This document shows positions 1 to 10,213 of a stretch of 64,000 nucleotides of DNA, in pieces. The stretch is from an uncultured Lachnospiraceae bacterium (GTDB taxonomy: Bacteria; Bacillota; Clostridia; Lachnospirales; Lachnospiraceae), in NCBI GenBank assembly GCA_947627365.1, contig CANQVT010000006.1, positions 3,262 to 67,261 of the forward strand, in the 5' to 3' direction. The notes under the pieces are model-generated. The model made no database searches. It saw nothing but the letters and a program-made list of their open reading frames with translations, and was not told the origin of the DNA. The position numbers were made by a program, and so were the translations under genes. Every line of letters starts with the position of its first letter. The stretch's first letter is position 1.

Positions 1-315
1 GCTGCGTTCCAGCCGTTTGATGGCGCGGAGATCGAAAGCTGTGTCATGATCCTGCCGTGCGATATTGTCCGGCTGCAGCAGGAAAACTGGAACGTAGGGA
101 GAAGCAGTTTTCTGCAGCACGGCTTTTATCAGTACAGGCATCTCCTGCTGGGAATGACCGGCGACGGAACCTGTATACTGGGCGTGCCGGGGGTGAACAA
201 CCCGCAGGAAGCTTATATGGCGCAGATGTTCGGTTACGAGCGTTTTCTGGAATCTGCGCGAAAGGATTCCGGCCAGGTCTTCGGATACTGGTGCCGCGAG
301 CTGAGGCAGACATAA
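1..315 (+). CDS. DUF6128-like protein, C-terminal part (runs off the window start)
   Basis: Frame is open from base 1. SFLxHGFYxYRHLLLG...LGVPG...E..MA.MFG matches the clostridial DUF6128 pattern as I recall it. Confidence 0.65.
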   Translation, partial: AAFQPFDGAEIESCVMILPCDIVRLQQENWNVGRSSFLQHGFYQYRHLLLGMTGDGTCILGVPGVNNPQEAYMAQMFGYERFLESARKDSGQVFGYWCRELRQT

Positions 316-323
316 GAGTTGAT

Positions 324-1124
324 TCAAACACCCCTCAGGGCAGCCTGAGGGATCTTTTTTTGTACGATTTTCAAGAAATCCTTCATCTCCTCGTCTGAAA
401 ATGCGGAGAACAAATGATTTTCAAGAAGAACCTCCGGGCAGTCCCGGAAGGCCTGCAGAAAATAGGCGCGGCAGCCCACAAGCCACGAGGCGATCTCCTC
501 GAAATCCCGTGCCGTGTGCAGTCCCTTCACGACCGTCGTGCGAAATTCGTATTCGATATCGGAATTCTTCAGAAGGTCGACGGAGCGGTGGATGCTTTCA
601 AGAAGATGTCTTCCTGTGTTCGATATCAGGAATTCACATCTACTCAGCGTGACTGGTGTTTTCCGGTTGTCGTAGCTTTGTCTCAGAGACAGATTGGGGC
701 TGTTTTCTGAAACTTCCAGCCCGCACATTCGCGCATAGTTCTCCGGCCCGGCCTTGACGTCCATCGCGACGTAGTCGAGAAGCCCGTCTGCCAGAAGCGA
801 TTCGAGCATGTCCGGATTCGTGCCGTTCGTGTCGAGCTTGACGAGGTAGCCGGCGTCCCGGATGGAAGCGAGAAAATTCGGCAGGTCGGCGTGCAGCGTC
901 GGCTCGCCGCCGGTCACGCAGATGCCGTCAAGCAGACCCTGTCTTTTGCGCAGAAACTGCCGGAATTCCTCCTCGCTGATCTCCGGCACGCTCTGCGGCG
1001 CGAGCACAAGGGAGCTGTTCTGGCAGAAGGGGCAGCGGAAATTGCAGCCGCCCGTAAATACGATCGCGGCCACGCGACCCGGAAAATCCAGAAGGGTCAG
1101 TTTTTGCAGTCCGAGAATTTTCAT
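324..1124 (-). CDS. nrdG: Anaerobic ribonucleoside-triphosphate reductase activating protein (radical SAM)
   Basis: GLQKLTLLDFPG start, CNFRCPFC radical-SAM motif, TGGEPT, KLDTNG, YEFRTTV. Confidence 0.88.
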   Translation of the reverse strand: MKILGLQKLTLLDFPGRVAAIVFTGGCNFRCPFCQNSSLVLAPQSVPEISEEEFRQFLRKRQGLLDGICVTGGEPTLHADLPNFLASIRDAGYLVKLDTNGTNPDMLESLLADGLLDYVAMDVKAGPENYARMCGLEVSENSPNLSLRQSYDNRKTPVTLSRCEFLISNTGRHLLESIHRSVDLLKNSDIEYEFRTTVVKGLHTARDFEEIASWLVGCRAYFLQAFRDCPEVLLENHLFSAFSDEEMKDFLKIVQKKIPQAALRGV

Positions 1125-1251
1125 AGGTACCTCCGAGAGTTGCTTCGTATTTCCTCAGACTGATTATATCAAAAAATGGGCTGGGTAGTACCCCGTTTTG
1201 CTAAAATTGAAAGAAAAATATTTTTCTCGCGCAGTTTGACGCGATTATCGC

Positions 1252-1281
1252 TTGACAAAATCGCTGTGATGTGCGTAAAAT
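1252..1281 (+). promoter_or_regulatory. Putative sigmaA promoter for the proS leader
   Basis: TTGACA (1252-1257), 18-nt spacer, TAAAAT (1276-1281). Confidence 0.6.
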
Positions 1282-1324
1282 AGGCAATATTATTACCGGA
1301 CACGAGGTGAACGGTAAGAGCGAT

Positions 1325-1548
1325 CGGGCTGAGAAGAAGATTAGTAATCTCAGAGCGCATTTCAGAGAGAGACCGGGCGGTGCGAGGTCTCATGCGGCGG
1401 GGATGAACCGGCTTTGGAGCCTCTGCGGGAAACTGTGGCGTATTCCGGCGTTAACGGAGGACGAGAGGTCAGCTCAGGCTGTCAAGAAGGGTGGTACCGC
1501 CGGTTTTCCGGTCCCTTGCGGGATCAGAAGACCGGCTAAAACTTTTTT
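1325..1548 (+). promoter_or_regulatory. T-box riboswitch with Pro specifier (CCG)
   Basis: AGAGA and GGTGCGA stem-I motifs; GAA-CCG specifier at 1405-1410; T-box AAGGGTGGTACCGC at 1487-1500; terminator hairpin and U-tract before proS. Confidence 0.92.
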
Positions 1549-1562
1549 AGGAGGAAAATACA

Positions 1563-3002
1563 ATGGCGAAGGAAAAGAAGCTTGTGGAAGCGATCACTTC
1601 CATGGAGGAGGATTTCGCGCAGTGGTACACGGATGTCGTGAAGAAGGCGGAGCTCATCGACTACACCAGCGTCAAGGGCTGCATGGTGATCAAGCCGGCC
1701 GGGTACGCGCTGTGGGAGAACATCCAGCATGAGCTGGATCGCAGATTCAAGGAGACCGGCGTGGAGAACGTGTACCTGCCGATCTTTATCCCGGAGAGTC
1801 TGCTCCAGAAGGAGAAGGATCATGTGGAGGGCTTCGCGCCGGAGGTGGCGTGGGTGACGCACGGCGGACTCGAGCCGCTGCAGGAGCGCATGTGCGTGCG
1901 TCCGACCTCGGAGACGCTGTTCTGTGATTTCTATGCGAACGACGTGCATTCCTACCGCGATCTGCCGAAGGTATACAATCAGTGGTGCTCCGTGGTGCGC
2001 TGGGAGAAGACGACGCGTCCGTTCCTGCGTTCGAGGGAATTTCTGTGGCAGGAGGGGCACACCGCGCACGCGACCGCCGAGGAGGCCGAGGAGCGCACGC
2101 AGCAGATGCTGAACGTCTATGCGGACTTCTGTGAGGAGGTGCTGGCCATCCCGGTGATCCGCGGCCGCAAGACCGACAAGGAGAAATTCGCCGGGGCGGA
2201 GGCAACCTACACGATTGAGGCGCTGATGCACGACGGCAAGGCGCTGCAGTCCGGCACGAGCCACAATTTCGGCGACGGCTTCGCGAAGGCGTTTGAGATC
2301 CAGTATGCGGACAAGGACAATACGCTGAAATATGTACATCAGACCTCATGGGGACTTTCCACGCGCATCATCGGCGCGATCATCATGGTACACGGCGACA
2401 ACAGCGGGCTGGTGCTTCCGCCGAGGATCGCTCCGACGCAGGTGATGGTGATCCCGATCCGCCAGCAGCAGGAGGGCGTACTTGACGCGGCGAACGATCT
2501 GAAGGCCGCGCTCGCGGCGGCCAGGCTTCGCGTGAAGCTCGACGACACAGAGAAGAGCCCGGGCTGGAAATTCGCGGAGCAGGAGATGCGCGGGATCCCG
2601 CTGCGCATCGAGCTCGGTCCGAAGGATATCGAGGAAGGTCAGGCGGTGATCGTGCGCCGCGACACGCGGGAGAAGATCGCGGCTCCGATCGCGGAGCTGC
2701 CGAAGAAGGCGGCGGAGGTGCTGGAGACGATGCAGCGCGAGATGCTGCAGCGCGCGACGGCGCACCGCGACGCGCATACCTACACAGCCGTGACGAAAGA
2801 GGAGTTCAAGGATATCGCGGACAATAAGCCGGGCTTTATCAAGGCCATGTGGTGCGGCTGTCAGGAGTGCGAGGAGGCCATCAAGGAGGAGATCGGCGTG
2901 ACCTCCCGCTGCATGCCTTTTGCGCAGGAGAAGCTCGCGGATACCTGCGTCTTCTGCGGAAAGCCGGCGAAGACGATGGTCTGCTGGGGGAAGGCATATT
3001 AA
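1563..3002 (+). CDS. proS: Proline--tRNA ligase (archaeal/eukaryote-like type)
   Basis: [30 protein letters not shown] motifs; C-terminal ...WGKAY; Pro T-box upstream. Confidence 0.97.
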   Translation: MAKEKKLVEAITSMEEDFAQWYTDVVKKAELIDYTSVKGCMVIKPAGYALWENIQHELDRRFKETGVENVYLPIFIPESLLQKEKDHVEGFAPEVAWVTHGGLEPLQERMCVRPTSETLFCDFYANDVHSYRDLPKVYNQWCSVVRWEKTTRPFLRSREFLWQEGHTAHATAEEAEERTQQMLNVYADFCEEVLAIPVIRGRKTDKEKFAGAEATYTIEALMHDGKALQSGTSHNFGDGFAKAFEIQYADKDNTLKYVHQTSWGLSTRIIGAIIMVHGDNSGLVLPPRIAPTQVMVIPIRQQQEGVLDAANDLKAALAAARLRVKLDDTEKSPGWKFAEQEMRGIPLRIELGPKDIEEGQAVIVRRDTREKIAAPIAELPKKAAEVLETMQREMLQRATAHRDAHTYTAVTKEEFKDIADNKPGFIKAMWCGCQECEEAIKEEIGVTSRCMPFAQEKLADTCVFCGKPAKTMVCWGKAY

Positions 3003-3092
3003 GATATGACCGTCACTTCCATGGAAAGTTACGGAAAATTCTAAAAATCCGCATATGACGGACAAATGTATCTGCAAAATGTGCGAAACTTC

Positions 3093-3121
3093 TTGACAAA
3101 TTTGTGTGAACTGAGTATGAT
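3093..3121 (+). promoter_or_regulatory. Putative sigmaA promoter of the liv operon
   Basis: TTGACA, 17-nt spacer, TATGAT. Confidence 0.65.
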
Positions 3122-3184
3122 TTGCAGTATGAACGCGGCGCTATTCTGGGACATGCCGCGTGAAGAAAAAAGGAGGTAGGTATT

Positions 3185-4306
3185 ATGAAAAAATTTATGA
3201 AACTGGCAAGTGTCGCATGTGTGGCTGCGATGACGGTTTCCGCTACGACGATGGCGGCGGAAGAGTTTAAGATCGGCGGCATCGGCCCGCTGACCGGCGC
3301 GGTTGCTTCCTACGGTATTTCCGTAAAGCAGGGCGCTGAGATCGCGGTTGCTGAGATCAACGAGGCGGGCGGCGTTACGATTGGCGATACCACGTATGAG
3401 TTCGTGCTGGATTATCAGGACGATCAGGGCAGCGAGGACATTGCTCCGCAGGCTTATAATACGGTAATGGATAATGGAGCGAACGTCATCATGGGCGCTG
3501 TCACGAGCGGACCGTGTATTGCGATCACGGCTGACACATTTGCAGACGGGATACTGCAGATCACCCCGTCGGGTTCCGCGGAGGACTGTATCGCGAACGA
3601 CAATGCGTTCCGTATCTGCTTCTCTGATCCGGAGCAGGGCGTTGCGATGGCGGATTACCTGATCGATACGGTAGGCATTTCCAAGGTTGCCGTTATTTAC
3701 AATACGGCGGACGACTACAGCTCGGGCATCAAGGAGGCGTTTGAGGCCGAGTTCGCTGAAAAAGGCGGCGAGGTAGTTGCCAGCGAGGCATTCCAGACCG
3801 GCGACCAGGAGTTTAATACACAGCTGACCACGATCCAGGGTACGGACGCTGAGGCGATCTATGTTCCGGCTTACTATCAGGACGCTACCTACATCACGAA
3901 GCAGGCGGCTGATCAGGGGATGGAGCTTCCGTTCTTCGGTTCTGACGGCTGGGACGGCGTGCTCGGCACGGTGACGGATCCGGCTCTGGTAGAGGGATGC
4001 ATCTTCACCAGCCCGTTCTGCGCGTCTGTGGATGAGGAGAAGACCGTTGCTTTCGTGGAGGCTTATCAGGAAGCATACGATGCGATCCCGGATCAGTTCG
4101 CGGCGGACGGCTATGACTGCGTATATACCTACAAGGCTGCGATGGAGCAGGCGCAGAGCATCGAGAGCGCGGATCTGATCGCGGCGATGACCGAGATCAC
4201 GGTGGACGGCCTGACCGGCACGATGACCTTCGACGCATCCGGCGCTCCGATCAAGGACGTTCTCTTTGTGACGGTGAAGGATGGCGCTTATACATTTGTA
4301 GAATAA
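3185..4306 (+). CDS. livJ: Branched-chain amino acid ABC transporter substrate-binding protein
   Basis: Signal peptide, KIGGIGPLTG..A.YG motif, NAFRICFSD; first gene of the liv operon. Confidence 0.88.
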   Translation: MKKFMKLASVACVAAMTVSATTMAAEEFKIGGIGPLTGAVASYGISVKQGAEIAVAEINEAGGVTIGDTTYEFVLDYQDDQGSEDIAPQAYNTVMDNGANVIMGAVTSGPCIAITADTFADGILQITPSGSAEDCIANDNAFRICFSDPEQGVAMADYLIDTVGISKVAVIYNTADDYSSGIKEAFEAEFAEKGGEVVASEAFQTGDQEFNTQLTTIQGTDAEAIYVPAYYQDATYITKQAADQGMELPFFGSDGWDGVLGTVTDPALVEGCIFTSPFCASVDEEKTVAFVEAYQEAYDAIPDQFAADGYDCVYTYKAAMEQAQSIESADLIAAMTEITVDGLTGTMTFDASGAPIKDVLFVTVKDGAYTFVE

Positions 4307-4333
4307 GAAAGAGCGGTTTTGATTTCAGGGACG

Positions 4334-4361
4334 AAAGGGAGACGGCATACGTCTCCCTTTT
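4334..4361 (+). terminator. Hairpin after the binding-protein gene (partial terminator or mRNA stabiliser)
   Basis: AAAGGGAGACG / CGTCTCCCTTT inverted repeat followed by Ts. Confidence 0.65.
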
Positions 4362-4384
4362 GTAAAATCGGAGAGGAGAAAAAT

Positions 4385-5272
4385 ATGGCTCTGTTAAACA
4401 GCATTCTGGCACAGCTGCTGAACGGGCTGCGGATCGGCAGCATCTATGCACTGATTGCGCTGGGTTATACGATGGTGTACGGTATTGCGAAGATGATCAA
4501 TTTCGCGCACGGCGATATCATCATGGTAGGCGCTTACGCGCTTTATGTCTTTGTGAGTATCCTGCATGTTCCGGCAGTCCCGGCGGTAATATTGACGATC
4601 GCTTTCTGCGCGCTGATGGGTATCACGATCGAGAAGGTCGCGTACAAGCCGCTGAGAAATGCGCAGAGACTGGCGGTGCTGATCACGGCGATCGGCGTCA
4701 GCTATCTGCTGCAGAATCTGGCTCTTTTGATCTTCAAGGCAACGCCGATCCCATTCGGCTCTATCATAAAAGTACCGTCCATACAGATTGCAGGCCTGAC
4801 GATTTCCGGTCTGACGATCGTGACGCTGGCGGTGACGGCGCTGATCATGGCAGGTCTGACACTTTTTGTAAACAAGACAAAGATCGGTCATGCCATGCTG
4901 GCGGTATCCGAGGACCAGGGTGCTGCAGAATTGATGGGCATCAATGTAAACAGGACAATATCGATTACTTTTGCGATCGGCTCCGCATTGGCTGCGGTCG
5001 CAGGTATTCTTTATATATGTCAATATGAATCGCTGATTCCGACCCTGGGCGCGATCCCGGGCATCAAGGCCTTTGTGGCGGCCGTGCTCGGCGGGATCGG
5101 CAGCATTCCGGGCGCGATGTTCGGAGGAATGGCGCTCGGGATCATTGAGAGCATGTCAAAAGCCTATATATCCACACAGCTTTCCGATGCGATCGTCTTC
5201 AGCGTACTTGTCATTGTACTGCTGCTGAAGCCGTCAGGCATCCTGGGCAAGCTGAGCGTCGAGAAAGTGTAG
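4385..5272 (+). CDS. livH: Branched-chain amino acid ABC permease
   Basis: GSIYALIALGYTMVYG..INFAHG; AAVLGGIGSIPGA; ATG at 4385 follows a GAGGAG RBS. Confidence 0.93.
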   Translation: MALLNSILAQLLNGLRIGSIYALIALGYTMVYGIAKMINFAHGDIIMVGAYALYVFVSILHVPAVPAVILTIAFCALMGITIEKVAYKPLRNAQRLAVLITAIGVSYLLQNLALLIFKATPIPFGSIIKVPSIQIAGLTISGLTIVTLAVTALIMAGLTLFVNKTKIGHAMLAVSEDQGAAELMGINVNRTISITFAIGSALAAVAGILYICQYESLIPTLGAIPGIKAFVAAVLGGIGSIPGAMFGGMALGIIESMSKAYISTQLSDAIVFSVLVIVLLLKPSGILGKLSVEKV

Positions 5273-5280
5273 GTGATCGC

Positions 5281-6234
5281 ATGAAGAAATATGGAAAACA
5301 GATTCTCGGCTGCGTGGCTGCGATCGCGGTGTATGTGGCAGTGACGGCCGCAGTCAATATGGGAGTGATGTCGAGGCAGATGATGTCTCTGATCGTTCCG
5401 GTCTGCATGAACATCATGCTGGCGGTGTCTCTGTGCATGGTTGTAGGCTTTCTCGGGGAGCTGAGTCTCGGGCATGCTGCGTTTATGTCAATCGGCGCTT
5501 ATGCCGGAGCTCTGGTGCTCAAGAGCGGCCTTCCAACCGTTGCCGCGTTGCCTCTGGCGGTGGTGACAGGCGGTGCGTGCGCCGCTGTGCTCGGATTGAT
5601 CGTAGGTATCCCGGTGTTGCGCCTGCGCGGCGACTATCTGGCAATCACGACACTGGCGTTCGGAGAGATCATCAAGTCTGTGTTTAACGCGGCTACGCCG
5701 ATCACGGGCGGCGCGGGCGGACTGAAGCGGATCCCGCCGGTGACGACCTACCGGAATTTCACATTTGTCTATGTGCTGATGCTGATCGTGATCGTGCTGG
5801 TCAGCAATCTGGTCAATTCGCGGCATGGCCGGGCGATCTGTGCGATCCGGGACAACTACATCGCGGCGGAAGCGATCGGTATCAAGGTAAGTCTGTTCAA
5901 GACGATGGCCTTTGTGCTCGCTGCGTTCATGGCCGGTATGGCCGGCGTTGTGTACGCGGGCAATATCGGTATCCTCAGGCCGGGCAATTTTGACTACAAT
6001 ACGTCGATTGAGATTCTGGTCATGGTGGTGCTCGGCGGCATGGGCAACATTACCGGAAGCATTATCGCGGCGGCGCTGCTCACATTGCTTCCGGAGCTTC
6101 TCCGGGGACTTTCCAATTACCGTATGCTCGTCTACGCGATCGTGTTGATCGCGATGATGCTGTTCAGTAACTCCCCGCTGCGGCGTATGCTGGCGGAGAA
6201 GCGCAACATGCGGCAGGCAGACAAAATTCAGTAG
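5281..6234 (+). CDS. livM: Branched-chain amino acid ABC permease
   Basis: LSLGHAAFM.IGAY, LRLRGDYLAI.TL.FGEI, VVLGGMG. Confidence 0.93.
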   Translation: MKKYGKQILGCVAAIAVYVAVTAAVNMGVMSRQMMSLIVPVCMNIMLAVSLCMVVGFLGELSLGHAAFMSIGAYAGALVLKSGLPTVAALPLAVVTGGACAAVLGLIVGIPVLRLRGDYLAITTLAFGEIIKSVFNAATPITGGAGGLKRIPPVTTYRNFTFVYVLMLIVIVLVSNLVNSRHGRAICAIRDNYIAAEAIGIKVSLFKTMAFVLAAFMAGMAGVVYAGNIGILRPGNFDYNTSIEILVMVVLGGMGNITGSIIAAALLTLLPELLRGLSNYRMLVYAIVLIAMMLFSNSPLRRMLAEKRNMRQADKIQ

Positions 6235-6246
6235 GAGGAGAAAACA

Positions 6247-7005
6247 ATGGCTTTGTTAGATGTAAAAAATCTTGGGATCTCCTTCGGGGGACTGCGCGCG
6301 GTGGACGGGCTGAATATGACGATCGAACAGGGAGCGCTTGTCGGTTTGATCGGGCCGAACGGCGCAGGAAAGACGACAGTTTTCAACCTGCTGACCGGGG
6401 TGTACCGTCCGACGGACGGCACGATCCTTCTGGACGGAGAGGAGCTGATCGGGAAGAGCCCGTCGCAGATCTGCCAGACGGGAGTCGCCCGCACGTTCCA
6501 GAATATCCGTCTGTTTTCACAGATGAGCGTGCTGGACAATGTCAAGGCGGCGCTGCACAATCAGGTAAAGTACGGCCTGCAGGGAAGTCTTTTTCACACG
6601 CCGGGCTACCGCAAAAAAGAGAAAGCGATCGATGAGAGGGCGAGGGAAGTGCTGCGGGTGTTTGAGCTGGAGCAGTTTGCCGATTACAAGGCGTCCAATC
6701 TGCCCTACGGGAAGCAGCGGAAGCTGGAGATCGCACGAGCGCTCGCCACGGAGCCGAAGCTTCTGCTTCTGGATGAGCCTGCCGCCGGCATGAACCCGCA
6801 GGAGACGGCCGAACTGATGGCGACGATCGAGTTTATCCGCAATCAATTCCATGTGACGATCCTTCTGATCGAGCATGACATGAAGCTTGTGGCGGGCATC
6901 TGTGAGTATCTCTATGTGCTGAATTTCGGGACGGAGCTTGCAAACGGCCTGCCGGAGGAAGTTCTGAACGATCCGGAAGTCATCACGGCGTATCTGGGAG
7001 AATAG
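6247..7005 (+). CDS. livG: Branched-chain amino acid ABC ATP-binding protein
   Basis: GPNGAGKTT, ARTFQNIRLF, LPYG signature, LLLDEPAAG. Confidence 0.94.
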   Translation: MALLDVKNLGISFGGLRAVDGLNMTIEQGALVGLIGPNGAGKTTVFNLLTGVYRPTDGTILLDGEELIGKSPSQICQTGVARTFQNIRLFSQMSVLDNVKAALHNQVKYGLQGSLFHTPGYRKKEKAIDERAREVLRVFELEQFADYKASNLPYGKQRKLEIARALATEPKLLLLDEPAAGMNPQETAELMATIEFIRNQFHVTILLIEHDMKLVAGICEYLYVLNFGTELANGLPEEVLNDPEVITAYLGE

Positions 7006-7012
7006 GAGGTCG

Positions 7013-7729
7013 ATGGACATGGCGATGCTTGAAGTGAAGGATATGGAAGTGTACTATGGCGTGATCCAGGCGATCAAGGGTGTGTCCTTTCAGGTGAATG
7101 AGGGAGAGATCATTGCGCTGATCGGCGCGAACGGCGCGGGCAAGACGACGATCCTGCATGCGGTGACCGGACTTCTGACTCCGCAGAAGGGAAGCATTCT
7201 TTTTGAGGACAAAGATATCACAAAGACCCCTGCGCACAAGATCGTGAGCCTCGGGATGGCGCACGTGCCGGAGGGACGCCGCGTGTTCTCGGAGCTTTCC
7301 GTTTACCAGAATCTGAAGCTGGGAGCTTACACGCGCAGCGATAAGGGGGAGATCGAACAGACGCTGGAGATGGTCTACAAGCGCTTCCCGCGCCTGGAGG
7401 AACGAAGGAATCAGCTGGCCGGGACGCTCTCAGGCGGCGAGCAGCAGATGCTGGCGATGGGGCGCGCGCTGATGTCGGATCCGCGTATCATCCTGATGGA
7501 TGAGCCCTCGATGGGTCTGTCCCCGATCCTCGTCAACGAGATCTTTGATATCATCCAGAGCGTCAGCGAGGCCGGGACGACGGTGCTGCTCGTGGAGCAG
7601 AACGCGAAGAAAGCGCTCGCGATCGCGGACCGCGCGTACGTGCTCGAGACCGGTAAGATCGTGATGTCGGGCGACGCGAAGGAGCTCATGAACGATGATT
7701 CCATCAAGAAGGCGTATCTCGGCGAGTAA
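7013..7729 (+). CDS. livF: Branched-chain amino acid ABC ATP-binding protein
   Basis: GANGAGKTT, VPEGRRVF, LSGGEQQ, DEPSMGL. Confidence 0.94.
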   Translation: MDMAMLEVKDMEVYYGVIQAIKGVSFQVNEGEIIALIGANGAGKTTILHAVTGLLTPQKGSILFEDKDITKTPAHKIVSLGMAHVPEGRRVFSELSVYQNLKLGAYTRSDKGEIEQTLEMVYKRFPRLEERRNQLAGTLSGGEQQMLAMGRALMSDPRIILMDEPSMGLSPILVNEIFDIIQSVSEAGTTVLLVEQNAKKALAIADRAYVLETGKIVMSGDAKELMNDDSIKKAYLGE

Positions 7730-7879
7730 ACTTAAGCCGCCCCTGAATGTCCACGCAGGGACGATCTGCGGCGGAATTTACAGGTTCAGAGACGTCCCTG
7801 TTCAGATACGGCTGTCGGTTTAAAGGATTATCATGTATCGAAAAGGTATTTATACAAAGTAAGGAAAGGATGGTGTAGT

Positions 7880-8518
7880 ATGGGAAACGTAATAGTGACG
7901 ATTGCAAGGCATTTCGGAAGCGGCGGAAGGACGATCGGCCATATGCTGGCAGAGGATCTCGGGATCAACTGCTATGAGAAGGAGATCATTAAGCTGGCTT
8001 CCGACGACAGTGGGATCAACGAGAGTCTGTTTAATCAGGCGGACGAGAAGCTGAAGCGTACGCCGCTGTTTTTCGGAAAGAGCCGTGCGGAGTACAAGGG
8101 TAAGCTGATCGCGCCGGACAGCGAGGAGTTCGTCAGCGACCACAATCTGTTCAATTATCAGGCGAAGATCATCCGCGAGCTGGCGGAAAAGGAGTCCTGC
8201 GTCATCATCGGACGCGCCGCGGACTACGTGCTGAAAGGCAACCCGGGTCTCGTGAGCGTGTTTGTCCATGCGTCCCGCGAATACTGCGTGAAGCAGGCGA
8301 TCGAGCGCCGTGCGTTCACGGGGAAGGACGTCGAGAAATTTGTCGAGAAGACGGACAAATACCGCAGCGATTTCTACCGTTACTACACCGGGCAGGAGTG
8401 GACGGACGCGCGCAACTACGACCTCTGCCTGAACAGCGAGCGGCTCGGCTTCGACGGCACGATGGAGGCCATCAAGGCGTATATTAAGGTGAGATTCGGA
8501 AAGCTGCCGAACGAATAA
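7880..8518 (+). CDS. Cytidylate kinase-like family protein
   Basis: VTIARHFGSGGR, CVIIGRAADY, YDLCLNS. Confidence 0.85.
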   Translation: MGNVIVTIARHFGSGGRTIGHMLAEDLGINCYEKEIIKLASDDSGINESLFNQADEKLKRTPLFFGKSRAEYKGKLIAPDSEEFVSDHNLFNYQAKIIRELAEKESCVIIGRAADYVLKGNPGLVSVFVHASREYCVKQAIERRAFTGKDVEKFVEKTDKYRSDFYRYYTGQEWTDARNYDLCLNSERLGFDGTMEAIKAYIKVRFGKLPNE

Positions 8519-8598
8519 AGATAGACTTAAAAATACTTGTCGTTTCCGGATGAAATGTGTTATGATATAAAACAAGGAAGAGGGAACGATCAAAAGCT

Positions 8599-9555
8599 AT
8601 GAAAACAAGAGATACCTGTTTAAGAAAAATGAAGGTATTGCTAAGCATCCTTTTGTTGGTAAGCATGGGGATGCTTTTTGTGCTGAATGCACAGGCGGGC
8701 GAGATCGCATCCATTGCCAGGATTTCTTCCAAAATCAAGCTGAACAAAACTGAGCTCGCGCTTAAGGAAGGCGGGACAAAGCAGCTTTGCCTCAAGAATG
8801 CAAAGAAAAAAGTCGTCTGGAGTTCATCGAAGAAGAGCGTTGCGTCAGTCACGGCAAACGGCGTTGTCAAAGCCAGGAAAAGAGGAACCTGCATTATTCA
8901 GGCCAAATCGGCGGGAAAGAGTTATCAGTGCACGGTGACTGTCTGCGGCAACAAAAAGGAATATAAGTATTATCAGCTTCAGAAGACAAAGGTTTCCAAC
9001 AAGAATAAGAAGAGGATCATTGTGGCGGGTAGCTCAGCTATAAGGCGTTGGGAAGATGCTTCTAATGTTTTCGCCCCTTATGAGGTCCTGAATATGGGAA
9101 TTGGCGGAACTACGGCGAAGCAATGGCTGAAGTGGTACAAAAAGCTCATTGTAGATTATCACCCGTCAGCTGTCGTACTGTTTCCGGGAGTAAGAAATGA
9201 GCTTAGAAAATCCCGTTCCGTAAAGACGACGACGGAGCATGTGCGTAAGCTTCTGAAGGCGCTGAATGAGGAGCTTCCGGGAGTTCCGATTTATTACATG
9301 TCCGTTTATTGCAATTGCAAGCAGAAAGAAAACTGGCCGTTGGAGAAGCGTTGCAATGAAAAGATAAAAGAATATTGCAGGGAACTGAAGAATGTACATT
9401 ATGTCGACGTGACGCATGCTCTTATGAAGAACGATGCGCCAAAGCCTGGCGTAATTTCAAAGGATGGTGTGCATATGAGCAAGGAAGGCTATGCCATATG
9501 GGATGACGTGATTGTGCCGATTGTGATGCATGCGTTGAAGCAGGAAGACAAATAA
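8599..9555 (+). CDS. Secreted Ig-like (Big_2) domain plus SGNH/GDSL hydrolase
   Basis: Signal peptide; WSSSKKSVASV..NG.V.A.K.G (Big_2); GSSAIRRW, N.GIGG and DGVH SGNH blocks. Confidence 0.82.
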   Translation: MKTRDTCLRKMKVLLSILLLVSMGMLFVLNAQAGEIASIARISSKIKLNKTELALKEGGTKQLCLKNAKKKVVWSSSKKSVASVTANGVVKARKRGTCIIQAKSAGKSYQCTVTVCGNKKEYKYYQLQKTKVSNKNKKRIIVAGSSAIRRWEDASNVFAPYEVLNMGIGGTTAKQWLKWYKKLIVDYHPSAVVLFPGVRNELRKSRSVKTTTEHVRKLLKALNEELPGVPIYYMSVYCNCKQKENWPLEKRCNEKIKEYCRELKNVHYVDVTHALMKNDAPKPGVISKDGVHMSKEGYAIWDDVIVPIVMHALKQEDK

Positions 9556-9640
9556 TACTTGACATTTTATAAACTATAAGTTAATATAAAGGCCAGTATA
9601 ATAAGTTTATCCGTTATGGGGGTCAGAACGGGAAAACAGA

Positions 9641-10060
9641 ATGCAGGATACTGCGAAATGGAAGAGAATAACAATGGATCAAAAGGAGGATCAGGCGCCA
9701 ACAAGCCGTTTTCTGCTTGCAGAGAATGAGGAGGCGGTCAAGCGGCAGAAGGAGCTGCTTTACGAGGTGCTGGGGTCTGTCTTTTTCGGGAAAAAGGAAG
9801 CAGGGAGCGAAGAGGAGCTTGCTGCTTTTTTTCGTGAACAGTACGGAATCGATGTGCGGAATGATTTCTATGAAGGGGACGAACACTATGAGGAGTACAG
9901 GGAAGCACAGCAGGCGATTGCCGAGGGGATGAGCATCTACGGGGGGAGCATCGCCTTTGAGGAGGAAAGTTTGGCGGAGCTTGCGGAGCAGATATGGAAG
10001 GATATGGAGGAGGAAGAGGGGAAGGGATTTCGCAGAATCAACACGATGCTGGAGGAGTAA
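9641..10060 (+). CDS. Acidic hypothetical protein
   Basis: Coding-like ORF in the same orientation as its neighbours; start may be ATG 9674; no family recognised. Confidence 0.6.
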   Translation: MQDTAKWKRITMDQKEDQAPTSRFLLAENEEAVKRQKELLYEVLGSVFFGKKEAGSEEELAAFFREQYGIDVRNDFYEGDEHYEEYREAQQAIAEGMSIYGGSIAFEEESLAELAEQIWKDMEEEEGKGFRRINTMLEE

Positions 10061-10213
10061 GAGAAACGTTCGAGGGAATACGAAGCCGGTGAGGAACAGA
10101 GAACGTGCCGGGCGCATATACTGCATGGAATATTTCTTGCCCTGTGGCAAATCGGCTGTTTTAGCTATAGAACCTGGGCAGCCGCGGGGAAGACTTAGAT
10201 GCAGGAGGATACC

